A stretch of DNA of 64,000 nt from an uncultured Acidobacteriota bacterium. Lineage in GTDB: Bacteria; Acidobacteriota; UBA6911; RPQK01; JAPXNP01. The translations under genes and the position numbers were made by a program. The stretch covers positions 384,001-448,000 of the forward strand of contig CAVZRV010000011.1 in the NCBI GenBank assembly GCA_963777605.1, in the 5' to 3' direction. Under the pieces are notes generated by a model. The model ran no database searches and was not told where the DNA came from. It worked only from the letters and a program-made list of their open reading frames with translations. Below, one piece after another: positions 30,160 through 39,679 of this stretch; the stretch's first letter is position 1; each line of letters opens with the position of its first letter.

Positions 30160-32130
30160 TCAGAGCTTCCCGTCGATCCGGACTCCAACGATCTTCACGG
30201 GCTTGGTCTTCCCTTTGACCAGGACATCACCGAGTTCCTCGAAGTCATAGCTGCCCTGCAGTCGGCTGCGGGTGAATTCGCTGATGATCATCCGACACTT
30301 GTATTCCTTGCAGAGCGACTCCAGGCGCGACCCCAGGTTGACGTTGTCGCCGATTACGGTGTAGCTGCGAATCGACTCGGCACCAACATTCCCGGCAATC
30401 ATCTCTCCCGTGTTGATCCCGACGCCGGAAGCCAGTGGCGGCAACCCCCGCTCAGCCCAGCCCACGTTCAATTCGGCGAGGCGCTTCTGCATCGCGATTC
30501 CACACTGCACCGCGTGGTCGGCGTGCATTGGATCGGAAAGCGGCGCGTTGAACAGGGCCATGATCATGTCCCCGACAAACTTGTCCACCGTTCCCTGGTG
30601 AGCGAAGACGATATCGACCATCGCCGAGAAGTACTCGTTGAGAAGAGTGACAATTTCTTCAGGAGACCGGCTCTCGGACAGGGTAGTAAACCCCCTGATA
30701 TCGGAGAACAGAACCGTAACCGTCATCCGCTGCCCGCCCAGGCGGGCGGCCTCCGGGTCGTTCATGAGCTGGTCAAACACGTCCCGCGAAACATAGCGGG
30801 AGAAAATCCCCTTTACCTGCCGCTTCTCGGCGCCTTCGACCCAGTACTGGTAGGCCAGGCCGGAGCCGAGAGCCAGACTCCAGCACAGGATCGCCGCCGC
30901 AACTGGCAACCGGTAATGGTGGGCTTCGAACAGGTACTGGGCCAGCCAGAGATAGCCCCCCAGAAGAACCATACTCACGGGACCGGCGAAAGCCAGCCTC
31001 AGGTAGAAAACAAATACCACGACCAGCAACGTCACCAGCAGCCCGAGAAACCAGTTCAGCCAGCCGGGCGGGTCTACCAGGTACCGGTCGTGGAGCAGAT
31101 CGTCGAGAACGTTGGCGTGGACCTCGACACCCGGCATTTTGCCAAGCTGGCCCCCTTCTCCCCCTTCGTTTGACTCCTCGGCCGACCCGGAGTAGGGAGT
31201 CGTGAACATGTCGTAAAGCCCCGTGGCATTCACACCGACAAAGACAATCTTGTCCTTGAACTCAGCCGGGTCGAGGCCCGGCGACTCACCTGCGTCAATC
31301 TGCAACTGCGAATAGACGACGTGGCTGTAGCTGAAAGAGGGGTAGGTACCGGGTCCGCCGTTGAACCAGATCGGAAGGCGCCAGTCGGAATTCAGCGGAA
31401 TCCGGCTGGACGCGGCCGTCACGCTCTGATCGGCGATCCGGAAATCGGTCGGTTCCTTCGACTGGAGAGCCAGGTAGCCTGCCAGCGCCAGCGACGGGAA
31501 CACGCGACCGTTGGCCCATCCGACAACCAGGTAGTGCCGGAAGGGACCGTCTGAGTCGAGCGCGTTCGCCGCGTGCCCGATCGCCTTGGCAGCCTCGGCG
31601 AGCGCCGGGTAGGGGAGGTCGATCTGGATGAAGGGAAGGCCGGGTGCCTCACCGGGTTGCGAAAACCGGTCCAGCACAGCTGAATCCTCGGGATTCTCGA
31701 CTGCGGTGTTGTCCTGATCTCCGAGAAACACGGCATGCACCACCCGTCCACATTCTGCGGTTTCCGTTGCGAAATAGGCATCGCCGTCGGGGTCGCTCAG
31801 GTTCTCTTCTGTGAAAAGCACGTCGTAAATGACGAGCCGGGCACCCGCTTCCTTCATGAACTTCAGGAAGAGGCCGTGCACCTCCCGACTCCACGGCCAG
31901 CGCCCGAAAGCCGGTTCAAGATGTTTGATACTATTGTCATCAATTTCGGCAAGCACGATGTCGGGGGAGGCGGAATCCTGTTTCCCCAGAATCCGGAATC
32001 GGAAATCGAGGGTCTTCAACTCGATGGTCTGGAAAAAGCGAGTCTGAGAGCACATCCACGACACCGTCACGCAGGCCGCGGTCAGGAGGGCCAGGGCGAA
32101 AAATCGCGCTTTTCCTTTTGGGCTGGTCAT
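30160..32130 (-). CDS. CHASE2-domain class III adenylate cyclase (cyclase 2)
   Basis: IVLAEIDD..GRWPWSR..YDVLF, PGVEVHAN, three TM helices, LFSDIRGFT, KFVGD, YTVIGDNVNLGSRLES, VKGK. Confidence 0.92.
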   Translation of the reverse strand: MTSPKGKARFFALALLTAACVTVSWMCSQTRFFQTIELKTLDFRFRILGKQDSASPDIVLAEIDDNSIKHLEPAFGRWPWSREVHGLFLKFMKEAGARLVIYDVLFTEENLSDPDGDAYFATETAECGRVVHAVFLGDQDNTAVENPEDSAVLDRFSQPGEAPGLPFIQIDLPYPALAEAAKAIGHAANALDSDGPFRHYLVVGWANGRVFPSLALAGYLALQSKEPTDFRIADQSVTAASSRIPLNSDWRLPIWFNGGPGTYPSFSYSHVVYSQLQIDAGESPGLDPAEFKDKIVFVGVNATGLYDMFTTPYSGSAEESNEGGEGGQLGKMPGVEVHANVLDDLLHDRYLVDPPGWLNWFLGLLVTLLVVVFVFYLRLAFAGPVSMVLLGGYLWLAQYLFEAHHYRLPVAAAILCWSLALGSGLAYQYWVEGAEKRQVKGIFSRYVSRDVFDQLMNDPEAARLGGQRMTVTVLFSDIRGFTTLSESRSPEEIVTLLNEYFSAMVDIVFAHQGTVDKFVGDMIMALFNAPLSDPMHADHAVQCGIAMQKRLAELNVGWAERGLPPLASGVGINTGEMIAGNVGAESIRSYTVIGDNVNLGSRLESLCKEYKCRMIISEFTRSRLQGSYDFEELGDVLVKGKTKPVKIVGVRIDGKL

Positions 32131-32218
32131 TAGCAGTTAATTTTTACCACTCTTTGTCGCACAGGAGAATTCCAGCGTACAGAGGCCTTTGTTAGAATTT
32201 CACCCGGGGGGCTCTCAA

Positions 32219-33343
32219 ATGAAACGATTTCTTTGGATAACCATCCTCTGCCTAACTTTTCCGGCAACCGGCCTTTCTCAGTTCGGGAGCCTGACCAAGG
32301 TTTTTGACAAGGCCAAGTCGATTTCGGACATGCGCATCAGTGACCAAGACGAGCAAGCGCTCGGCCAAGCCATCAGCGAACGCATCCGGGCCATATACGG
32401 AGTGCAGCAGGATGAGGGACCGACCCGCTACGTAACGATGGTGGGACTGGTCCTGGCACAGGAATCGAGTCGTCCAAACCTGGACTGGCAGTTCATCATC
32501 CTCGATTCGGACAGCACCAATGCCTTTGCCGCCCCTGGCGGCTACATTCACATCACCCGCGGTGCGCTGGCAATGATGAAGAACGAGTCGGAGCTTGCGG
32601 GAGTTCTGGCCCACGAGATTTCGCACGTGGTGGAGAAACACACGATCAAGGGTATCCAGAAGATGAAGGGCATCGAGTTTGCCAGTGACGAGACCTCGAT
32701 CACCAGCAACAGCAAGGCTTTCGAGATGCTCACCGAGAAGGCAACCGAGGCGCTTCTGCAGGGTTTCGGTCGGACCGAGGAGCTGGAGGCAGACAAGGAC
32801 GGGGTCGAACTGGCTGCTTCCTGCAGGTACGCTCCGTCAGGACTTCCCGACTTCCTGGAAATCCTGAGTTCGCGTTACGAGTCCAGGGAAAGCCGCGCCG
32901 GACTCTTTGCTTCCCACCCGGAAACCCGCGAACGCATCGAGAAACTCGATAAGCAGATCAAGAAAGAGAAGCTCGCCCAGGAAGGGAGTGCTGTACTGGC
33001 CGATCGGTTTACCGCTAATATCAAGTACAAGCTGGCGCCTTTTTCCGGAACCGGCGAGGCCGTTGAAGGTGCCATGGGCATGGCCCAGGGTGACTCCGGC
33101 TCGAAAAAAGATGACAAGGATTCGGATAAGAAGAAGGACAGTGGTGGTGGCGCTCTGGCGAAACTGAGAAACCCCTTCGGTTCGGGTAAGAAACAGGATC
33201 GCGCCGAGGTTACCGGCTCGGCTGCCGCCCGCGGAGTGGAAACGGAAGTGGGAACAGAAGCGCCGGGGAATCCGGCTCAGGTAGTGGTCAAGGTTACCGC
33301 TGAAGAACTGGATAAATTCAAGGCCGATGGAGGCTTGGCCTAG
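32219..33343 (+). CDS. secreted M48-family zinc metalloprotease
   Basis: Signal peptide; NAFAAPGG, LAHEISH (HExxH), ELEAD, ASHP...ERI. ATG 32219; TG-T-TAGAAT upstream. Confidence 0.9.
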   Translation: MKRFLWITILCLTFPATGLSQFGSLTKVFDKAKSISDMRISDQDEQALGQAISERIRAIYGVQQDEGPTRYVTMVGLVLAQESSRPNLDWQFIILDSDSTNAFAAPGGYIHITRGALAMMKNESELAGVLAHEISHVVEKHTIKGIQKMKGIEFASDETSITSNSKAFEMLTEKATEALLQGFGRTEELEADKDGVELAASCRYAPSGLPDFLEILSSRYESRESRAGLFASHPETRERIEKLDKQIKKEKLAQEGSAVLADRFTANIKYKLAPFSGTGEAVEGAMGMAQGDSGSKKDDKDSDKKKDSGGGALAKLRNPFGSGKKQDRAEVTGSAAARGVETEVGTEAPGNPAQVVVKVTAEELDKFKADGGLA

Positions 33344-34799
33344 CTTGCAGGTCCCGCTCAGCTATATCGGGATGCTGGGGCCGGTTCTGCTGGCCCTGGC
33401 GCTGATTGTAGTTCGCTCGCTGACCCGAAACCCCTGGATTCGGAAGCGGCTCAGCCTGAGCATCTTCATGCTGCTTGCGGCCTGGGTCGTCAACGTCATT
33501 CTTGAGAACTTCGCGCCGGGCTACACCCTGGAAGGGCTGGAAAAGCTGGCCATGTTCCTGGCCCTGGTGATCGCCGGAGTGGTCCTGCTTTTCAACCAGG
33601 TCTCCGGAGACGCGGTCTCCGAGAAGTTCCCTGCCATCGTCCAGGACGCGCTCGTCATCGGCGTATTCGCGGTCGTTGCGGTTCTGAAAGCCCCCGACAA
33701 ACTGCTGGCCACCTCGGCCGTTGGGGGACTGGTAATCGGGCTTGCCCTCCAGGACACGCTGGGGAACCTGTTCGCGGGCCTTGCGCTCCAGGTCGAGAAA
33801 CCTCTCTTTGTCGGAGACTGGGTTCGTTTGGGTTCGCTCGAGGGCAAGGTCAAGGAAATCACCTGGAGGGCCACGAAGATCCGGACCAAGTCCGGTCACT
33901 TCTGCGTGATTCCGAACACGCTGATTTCCAAGGACATCCTGGTCAATTTCAGCCACCCGTCACCGATCCACCGGGTGGAAAAGACAATTGGTTTTGGCTA
34001 CGAGGCCCACCCCAACCTGGTCAAGAAGGTCGTGCTGGAGACGTGCGCCGACGTCCCTGAAGTACTCAGGACTCCCAAGCCTGACGTCCTTCTGGAAGAG
34101 TACAGTGACTTTTCAATCAACTACCGGTGCCGCTTCTGGATCGACGATTTCGGAATCTCGGAGATCATTCTCGATCGCTTCACGACGCTGCTCTATTATC
34201 GCCTGGAGCGAGCCGGCCTGATCATTCCCTTCCCGATCAGAGACGTCCGCGTCAAGGAACCGGAAGACGCCAAGGCCCGACTCGAGCTTGAAAACAGGAA
34301 GCGATCCGAGTTCGTCTCGAGGCTCGACATTTTCGCGCCCTTGAAGGACGACGAAAGGGCCGAAGTGGCCGGTTGCCTCCGACAGGTCATCTATGCAGCC
34401 GACGAACCGATCATCCGCCAGGGTGACCAGGGAGGCTCCATGTTTCTGATCAACCGGGGTCAGGTTCGAATCACCGTCGAGGAGAAGGGCGCCGTGCATC
34501 AACTGGCAGTTCTCGGCCCTGGACAATACTTCGGTGAGATGGCTCTCCTGACCGGTGAACCCAGGACCGCCTCCGCCATCGCAATGAGCGACTGCCACGT
34601 CTTCGTCATTGAGAAGACTTCTTTTCGGAACGTACTGGTTGATCACCCGGAAATAGCGGAGTCCATTTCCGGGGTGATCGCCGAACGCCGGGCAAATCTC
34701 AAGAGCAAGACGGACGAACTTCGAACTTACCGCGATCTCCAGCACGAGACCCAGCAGTCGATGCTGGGGCGGATTCGCGCATTCTTCGGCCTGGGCTAA
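33327..34799 (+). CDS. MscS-family channel with C-terminal cyclic-nucleotide-binding domain (bCNG type)
   Basis: IGLALQDTLGNLFAG, VGDWV, G.VKEITWRATKI, IPN, IPFP (MscS); IIRQGDQG, FGEMALLTGEPRTASA (cNMP cassette). Confidence 0.92.
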   Translation: MEAWPSLQVPLSYIGMLGPVLLALALIVVRSLTRNPWIRKRLSLSIFMLLAAWVVNVILENFAPGYTLEGLEKLAMFLALVIAGVVLLFNQVSGDAVSEKFPAIVQDALVIGVFAVVAVLKAPDKLLATSAVGGLVIGLALQDTLGNLFAGLALQVEKPLFVGDWVRLGSLEGKVKEITWRATKIRTKSGHFCVIPNTLISKDILVNFSHPSPIHRVEKTIGFGYEAHPNLVKKVVLETCADVPEVLRTPKPDVLLEEYSDFSINYRCRFWIDDFGISEIILDRFTTLLYYRLERAGLIIPFPIRDVRVKEPEDAKARLELENRKRSEFVSRLDIFAPLKDDERAEVAGCLRQVIYAADEPIIRQGDQGGSMFLINRGQVRITVEEKGAVHQLAVLGPGQYFGEMALLTGEPRTASAIAMSDCHVFVIEKTSFRNVLVDHPEIAESISGVIAERRANLKSKTDELRTYRDLQHETQQSMLGRIRAFFGLG

Positions 34800-35629
34800 A
34801 GCGTTGCCGCCCATCCTTCTTTGGCGGCAATCGTCGCCGGGAAATACTCCCGGGCCTCCCGAACGATCTCCCGCGTAATCCTAAAGTCGTGAGACGGGTC
34901 GTGATGGAACAGGATCAACTGCTTGACCCTGCATTCCTCCGCAACCCGAGTGGCTTCCAACCATGTGCTGTGTCCCCAGTCCCGGTGAGTCTCATACTCT
35001 TCCGGAGTGTACTGGGCATCATAGATGAGGATATCGGCATTCCTGGAATACTCGCGCAAAACCTGATCGAGGCGAGAATGCCCGTGCTCAAGGTCGGTGG
35101 CATAGACGACCACCGCACCTTCCCGCTCGACGCGGTACCCGACTGCCCCCTGGGGGTGGTTCAGAGGGAATGGCAAGATTGTTGTCGAACCAACTACGAC
35201 CGGCTCGGAACCGACTTTCACGAACTCCTTGCAGGCGGCAGCAAGCTCGAGCCCGACCGGGAAATAGGGGGCCTGCATTTGCCCCCCGAGCATTCTCTCG
35301 GGATGGCCCTGTTCCCCGTGCCCATGAAAAACAACCCGGTTCCTCTCGGAGTAGAGAGGAGTGAAGAACGGAATACCCTGGATGTGATCCCAGTGGAAAT
35401 GGGTCAGAAAGACCTTCAAATCGAGGGCTTCCTCAGGAAACTCACGGCTCAGGAGGAGACCCAGGTCGCGAATCCCGGTACCACCGTCAAAAATCAGCGC
35501 TTCACCCGAGGGAACCCGGATCTCTACGCAGGCTGTGTTCCCACCGAACTCCAGGTTTTCCGACTGGGGTGTCGGGATCGATCCCCGGACTCCCCAGAAC
35601 CGAACTCGCATGCGGAAGTCACCAAGCAT
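34796..35629 (-). CDS. MBL-fold metallohydrolase, candidate cyclic-nucleotide phosphodiesterase
   Basis: FWGVRGSIP, GGNTACVE, DGGTG, THFHWDHIQG (HxHxDH), TDLEH, WGHS, FHHDP. PDE function is inferred from context. Confidence 0.85.
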   Translation of the reverse strand: MLGDFRMRVRFWGVRGSIPTPQSENLEFGGNTACVEIRVPSGEALIFDGGTGIRDLGLLLSREFPEEALDLKVFLTHFHWDHIQGIPFFTPLYSERNRVVFHGHGEQGHPERMLGGQMQAPYFPVGLELAAACKEFVKVGSEPVVVGSTTILPFPLNHPQGAVGYRVEREGAVVVYATDLEHGHSRLDQVLREYSRNADILIYDAQYTPEEYETHRDWGHSTWLEATRVAEECRVKQLILFHHDPSHDFRITREIVREAREYFPATIAAKEGWAATL

Positions 35630-35782
35630 GAGCTACTCCTGATACCACAGCTGCCGATCCCCTGATTAAGGCGGAAATAGACGTCATGAGCCGGACCGTT
35701 GAAGTCGGCTCCGGCGAAATTGAAATGGGTCCAACCCTATGCTAAATTTGCGAGCCTTACTATAGCGCAGAAAGGAGCCCCA

Positions 35783-37876
35783 ATGAAGGTGTTCGACAGC
35801 GAGAAAATCCGCAATATTGCCGTTGTGGGTCATGGTGACACAGGTAAAACCACTTTGGTGAGCGCGGTTCTCTACACCTCCGGAGCCGTTAGCCGAATGG
35901 GTCGCGTTGAGGACGGGACGACAATCACTGATTACGACGAAGACGAGATTGATCGCAAGATTACGATCAACACTGCACTAGCCAACTGCGAATGGAAGGG
36001 CAACAAGATCAATTTGTTGGACACACCGGGTTACCGCGCATTCATCTTGGACGCCAAATCCGCCATGACTGCTGCCGAAACCGCACTGATCGTCATCGAC
36101 GCAGTCTCCGGGGTGGAAGTCCAGACGGAGACAGTCCTGGGATTCGCCAAAGAGTTTTCGGTTCCTCGAGTGGTTGTCATCAACAAGCTCGATCGAGACA
36201 ACGCGAGCTTCGACAGGACGGTCAAGTCTCTCCAGGAGACGTTCGGGCGGGAACTGGTTCCAGTACAGATTCCGCTGGGAGAAGAGAAGGATTTCAAAGG
36301 GGTCGTCGACCTGATCCGAAACCGGGCATTCGTATATGAGTGGGACGGCAACGGTGAGTGCCGGGAGGAGGATATCCCATCAGACCTGGCCGACACCGTT
36401 ACGCAGCGCCGCGAAGAACTGATCGAGATGATCGCCGAGAGTGACGAATCGCTGATGGAGAAGTTCTTCGAAGAGGGGACCCTCTCGGACGAGGAACTGG
36501 TTTCAGGACTGGCCAAGTCGATTCGGGAAAACAAGATTGTGCCGGCTTTCTGCTGTTCAGCGTCTCACAACGTCGGAATTCGCAACCTGCTCGATTCGGT
36601 CTCGAGCGTCTTCCCTTCGCCCCTTGACCGGCGGCCCGTCGTGGCAACGGCAAACCCGGGAGAGCAGGAAAAGATCGAGGTAAAGGTAGACCCGACAGGG
36701 CCGGCAGCAGGTTTCGTGTTCAAGACCCTGGCCGACCCCTTTGCCGGACGGATCAACCTCTTGAAGGTCCACTCCGGTGTGTTCAAGTCGGACACCACTG
36801 TCATGAACGCGTCCTCCGATTCAGAAGAACGCCTGGGCACGCTTCAGGTCTTCCAGGGCAAGAATCACGAGGGCACGCCGGAGGTTCCGGCCGGAGATAT
36901 CTGCGGAGTTTTGAAACTGCGGAGTACTACCACGGGTGACACCCTGGCGGAGTCCGATTTCAAGGCCTCCTTTCTGCGGGTGCATTATCCGGAGCCGTCG
37001 ATCAGCTTCGCAGTGGAACCGGCGTCGCGCGGTGACGAAGACAAGATCGGCTCGGCCGTCGCCCGCATCATGGAGGAGGATGCCTCCCTTCGGTTCACCC
37101 GGGATCCCCAGACCAAGGAATTCCTTCTTTCGGGCACCGGCCAACTGCACATCGAAGTCTCGGTTGCCAAACTTAAGAAGCGGTACGGAGTCGAAGTTCT
37201 ACTCAGAACCCCGAAGGTCCCTTACCGGGAGACCATCACGGGGAACGCCGATGTTCAGGGAAGGCACAAGAAGCAGACCGGTGGTCACGGGCAGTTCGGA
37301 GACTGCAAAATCAAAATGGAGCCGTTGCCGCGGGGTGCTGGCTTCGAGTTCGAAAATACCGTCTTCGGCGGAGCCATCCCGAGGCAGTACATTCCGGCGG
37401 TTGAAAAAGGCATCGTGGACGCCGCTGAGAAGGGTTTCCTGGCCGGCTTTCCCGTAGTCGATTTCAAGGCAATCCTGTACGATGGAAGCTACCATGATGT
37501 TGACTCGTCCGAGATGGCTTTCAAGATCGCCGGTTCACTGGCATTCCGCAAAGGCATGGAACAGGCCAAAGCGGTTCTGCTCGAGCCAGTCATGAATGTT
37601 GAGGTTTACGCTCCTGAGGAAAACGCGGGAGACATCATGGGAGACCTCAATTCCCGGCGCGGACGTATCCAGGGAATGGACATCAAGGGCGGTACCCAGT
37701 TGATCCGGGCACAGGTTCCGCTGGCAGAATTGCTCAACTACCAGCCGGCGTTGACCTCGATGACCAGCGGTCGGGGGAGCTATCACATGGAAGCATCCCA
37801 TTACGACATCGTGCCTCACAATCTCTCGGAAAAGGTTATCGCCGAGGCCAAGAAGGAGGCCGAAGAAGAGCGCTAG
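35783..37876 (+). CDS. fusA: elongation factor G paralogue (EF-G2 type, outside the str operon)
   Basis: GHGDTGKTT, RKITI, DTPG, NKLD, GQLHIE, KKQTGGHGQFG, YHDVDSSEMAFK; AGGAG before ATG 35783. Confidence 0.93.
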   Translation: MKVFDSEKIRNIAVVGHGDTGKTTLVSAVLYTSGAVSRMGRVEDGTTITDYDEDEIDRKITINTALANCEWKGNKINLLDTPGYRAFILDAKSAMTAAETALIVIDAVSGVEVQTETVLGFAKEFSVPRVVVINKLDRDNASFDRTVKSLQETFGRELVPVQIPLGEEKDFKGVVDLIRNRAFVYEWDGNGECREEDIPSDLADTVTQRREELIEMIAESDESLMEKFFEEGTLSDEELVSGLAKSIRENKIVPAFCCSASHNVGIRNLLDSVSSVFPSPLDRRPVVATANPGEQEKIEVKVDPTGPAAGFVFKTLADPFAGRINLLKVHSGVFKSDTTVMNASSDSEERLGTLQVFQGKNHEGTPEVPAGDICGVLKLRSTTTGDTLAESDFKASFLRVHYPEPSISFAVEPASRGDEDKIGSAVARIMEEDASLRFTRDPQTKEFLLSGTGQLHIEVSVAKLKKRYGVEVLLRTPKVPYRETITGNADVQGRHKKQTGGHGQFGDCKIKMEPLPRGAGFEFENTVFGGAIPRQYIPAVEKGIVDAAEKGFLAGFPVVDFKAILYDGSYHDVDSSEMAFKIAGSLAFRKGMEQAKAVLLEPVMNVEVYAPEENAGDIMGDLNSRRGRIQGMDIKGGTQLIRAQVPLAELLNYQPALTSMTSGRGSYHMEASHYDIVPHNLSEKVIAEAKKEAEEER

Positions 37877-37951
37877 GCAATATTCGAGGGGTGACAGGCT
37901 CGCAGGTTTTGCACTTCACCCCTCGACTTTCCCGCGGCTCTGCACCAGCCG

Positions 37952-38746
37952 ATGTTACCCAAACTGATCGACATCGGGCCCATTCCGATCCACACTTACG
38001 GACTGCTGCTTGCCCTCGCACTTCTGGTCTCCGTAACGCTGGCCGCCCGCCTTGCCGAAGAAGACGGCATCTCCCAGAAGACCACCTGGGACCTGGGATT
38101 TGTGGTCATCATTTCTTCGATCCTGGGAGCCAAGCTTCTTCTGGTTCTGACATCGCTCAGTTACTATATTCAGAACCCGGGACGACTCTTCTCGCTTGAA
38201 TTTCTGCAGGCCGGAGGCGTCTATTACGGAGGTTTGATCGGCGCCGTCGTCGGAAGTTTTCTTTTCATTCGGCGGGTTCCCGGACTTTCGTTTCTCCGGA
38301 TGGCCGATGCGGCCGGCCCCGCAATCCCCCTGGGTCAGGCTATCGGAAGGCTCGGCTGTTTTGCTGCCGGATGCGACTACGGTTGCCCGACCGATCTCCC
38401 GTGGGGAGTCACTTACAGCAGCCAGTACGCCCACAACGTGGTCGGGACACCGCTCGGGATTTCGGTTCACCCCTATCCGCTCTATGAATCCGCAGCAACG
38501 CTGATTCTCTGCCTGATCCTCGTTCGCGCCTATCGAAGACGCTCCTTCCAGGGCCAGATTTTCTGCCTCTACCTGATTGCCTACGGCGTCATCCGGTTCT
38601 TCCTCGAATTCTTCCGGGGCGACTCCGACCGGGGATTCTTGTTCAACGGCCTCCTCTCGACGTCTCAGTTCATCAGCATCTTGATCGTGCCCACCGCCCT
38701 CCTTGCCTACCTCTACCTGAAGAAGCGACAATCGGCCACAAGGTGA
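37952..38746 (+). CDS. lgt: prolipoprotein diacylglyceryl transferase
   Basis: IHTYG, GGVYYGG, QAIGRLGCF, HPYPLYE, RFFLEFFRGD. Confidence 0.93.
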   Translation: MLPKLIDIGPIPIHTYGLLLALALLVSVTLAARLAEEDGISQKTTWDLGFVVIISSILGAKLLLVLTSLSYYIQNPGRLFSLEFLQAGGVYYGGLIGAVVGSFLFIRRVPGLSFLRMADAAGPAIPLGQAIGRLGCFAAGCDYGCPTDLPWGVTYSSQYAHNVVGTPLGISVHPYPLYESAATLILCLILVRAYRRRSFQGQIFCLYLIAYGVIRFFLEFFRGDSDRGFLFNGLLSTSQFISILIVPTALLAYLYLKKRQSATR

Positions 38747-39672
38747 TTGAGCTCATCACGTTGGAAGTCTCGAGTGAAGCGGAAGGGCTGCGGCTCGATG
38801 TCTTCGTCAGCCAGTCGGTTCCCGACACCACTCGTTCGAAGGTTCGCAAATGGATCGACCAGGGGTTTGTCCGGGTTGACGGGAAGACCCGGAAACCGGG
38901 TTTCGCCCTGAGTCCTGGCCAGACTCTCCAGATCGAACGTCCGCCCGCGGAACCCAGCCACCTGGTCCCGGAAGATCTACCTATCGAGATCATCTACGAA
39001 GACCCGGATCTCCTCGTCGTCAACAAGCCTGCCGGGATGGTGGTTCACCCGGGCGCCGGCAACCGGACCGGCACGCTGGCAAACGCCCTGGCCTTTCACC
39101 TGGAAACACTGAGCCGGAAGGACTCCCTGAGACCCGGCATCGTTCACCGCCTCGACAAAGGGACCTCCGGGATTCTCCTGGTTGCAAAGAACGAAATCAC
39201 TCACGACAGGCTGACCCGCCAGTTCCAGAAACGCCAGGTACACAAGGTTTACCTGGCCCTTCTATACGGAAAGCTGACCCCGGAAAAGGGGGAGATTTCA
39301 GTGCCGATTGGTCGCGATGACCGGTCCCGGACCCGGATCTCAACCCGGAGCAGCCGGCTGCGAAATGCCGCCACCCGGTACGAGGTCATTCGTTACCTGC
39401 CCGGCTTTTCCTTCGTCCGTGCCTTTCCTGTAACCGGGAGAACGCACCAGATCAGGGTTCACTTTCACCACCGGGGACACCCGGTCGTGGGTGACCCCAC
39501 GTACGTCCGGGGAGAGTTCTCCTGGCCCCGCCGACTCGGTCCGGCGTTGAACCGGCTCTTTCTCCATGCAACCCGCATCGAACTCACGCATCCAACCACT
39601 GGAGAAATGCTCGTGTTCGAGGCTCCACTACCCCACGAACTTGCGCACTTGATTGAGACTTTGGGAGAATAA
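38743..39672 (+). CDS. rluD: RluA-family 23S rRNA pseudouridine synthase with S4 domain (RluD-like)
   Basis: RLDVF, VNKPAGMVVHP, IVHRLDKGTSG, TGRTHQIRVH, GDPTY, LHA. Confidence 0.9.
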   Translation: MIELITLEVSSEAEGLRLDVFVSQSVPDTTRSKVRKWIDQGFVRVDGKTRKPGFALSPGQTLQIERPPAEPSHLVPEDLPIEIIYEDPDLLVVNKPAGMVVHPGAGNRTGTLANALAFHLETLSRKDSLRPGIVHRLDKGTSGILLVAKNEITHDRLTRQFQKRQVHKVYLALLYGKLTPEKGEISVPIGRDDRSRTRISTRSSRLRNAATRYEVIRYLPGFSFVRAFPVTGRTHQIRVHFHHRGHPVVGDPTYVRGEFSWPRRLGPALNRLFLHATRIELTHPTTGEMLVFEAPLPHELAHLIETLGE

Positions 39673-39679
39673 CGCGCCT

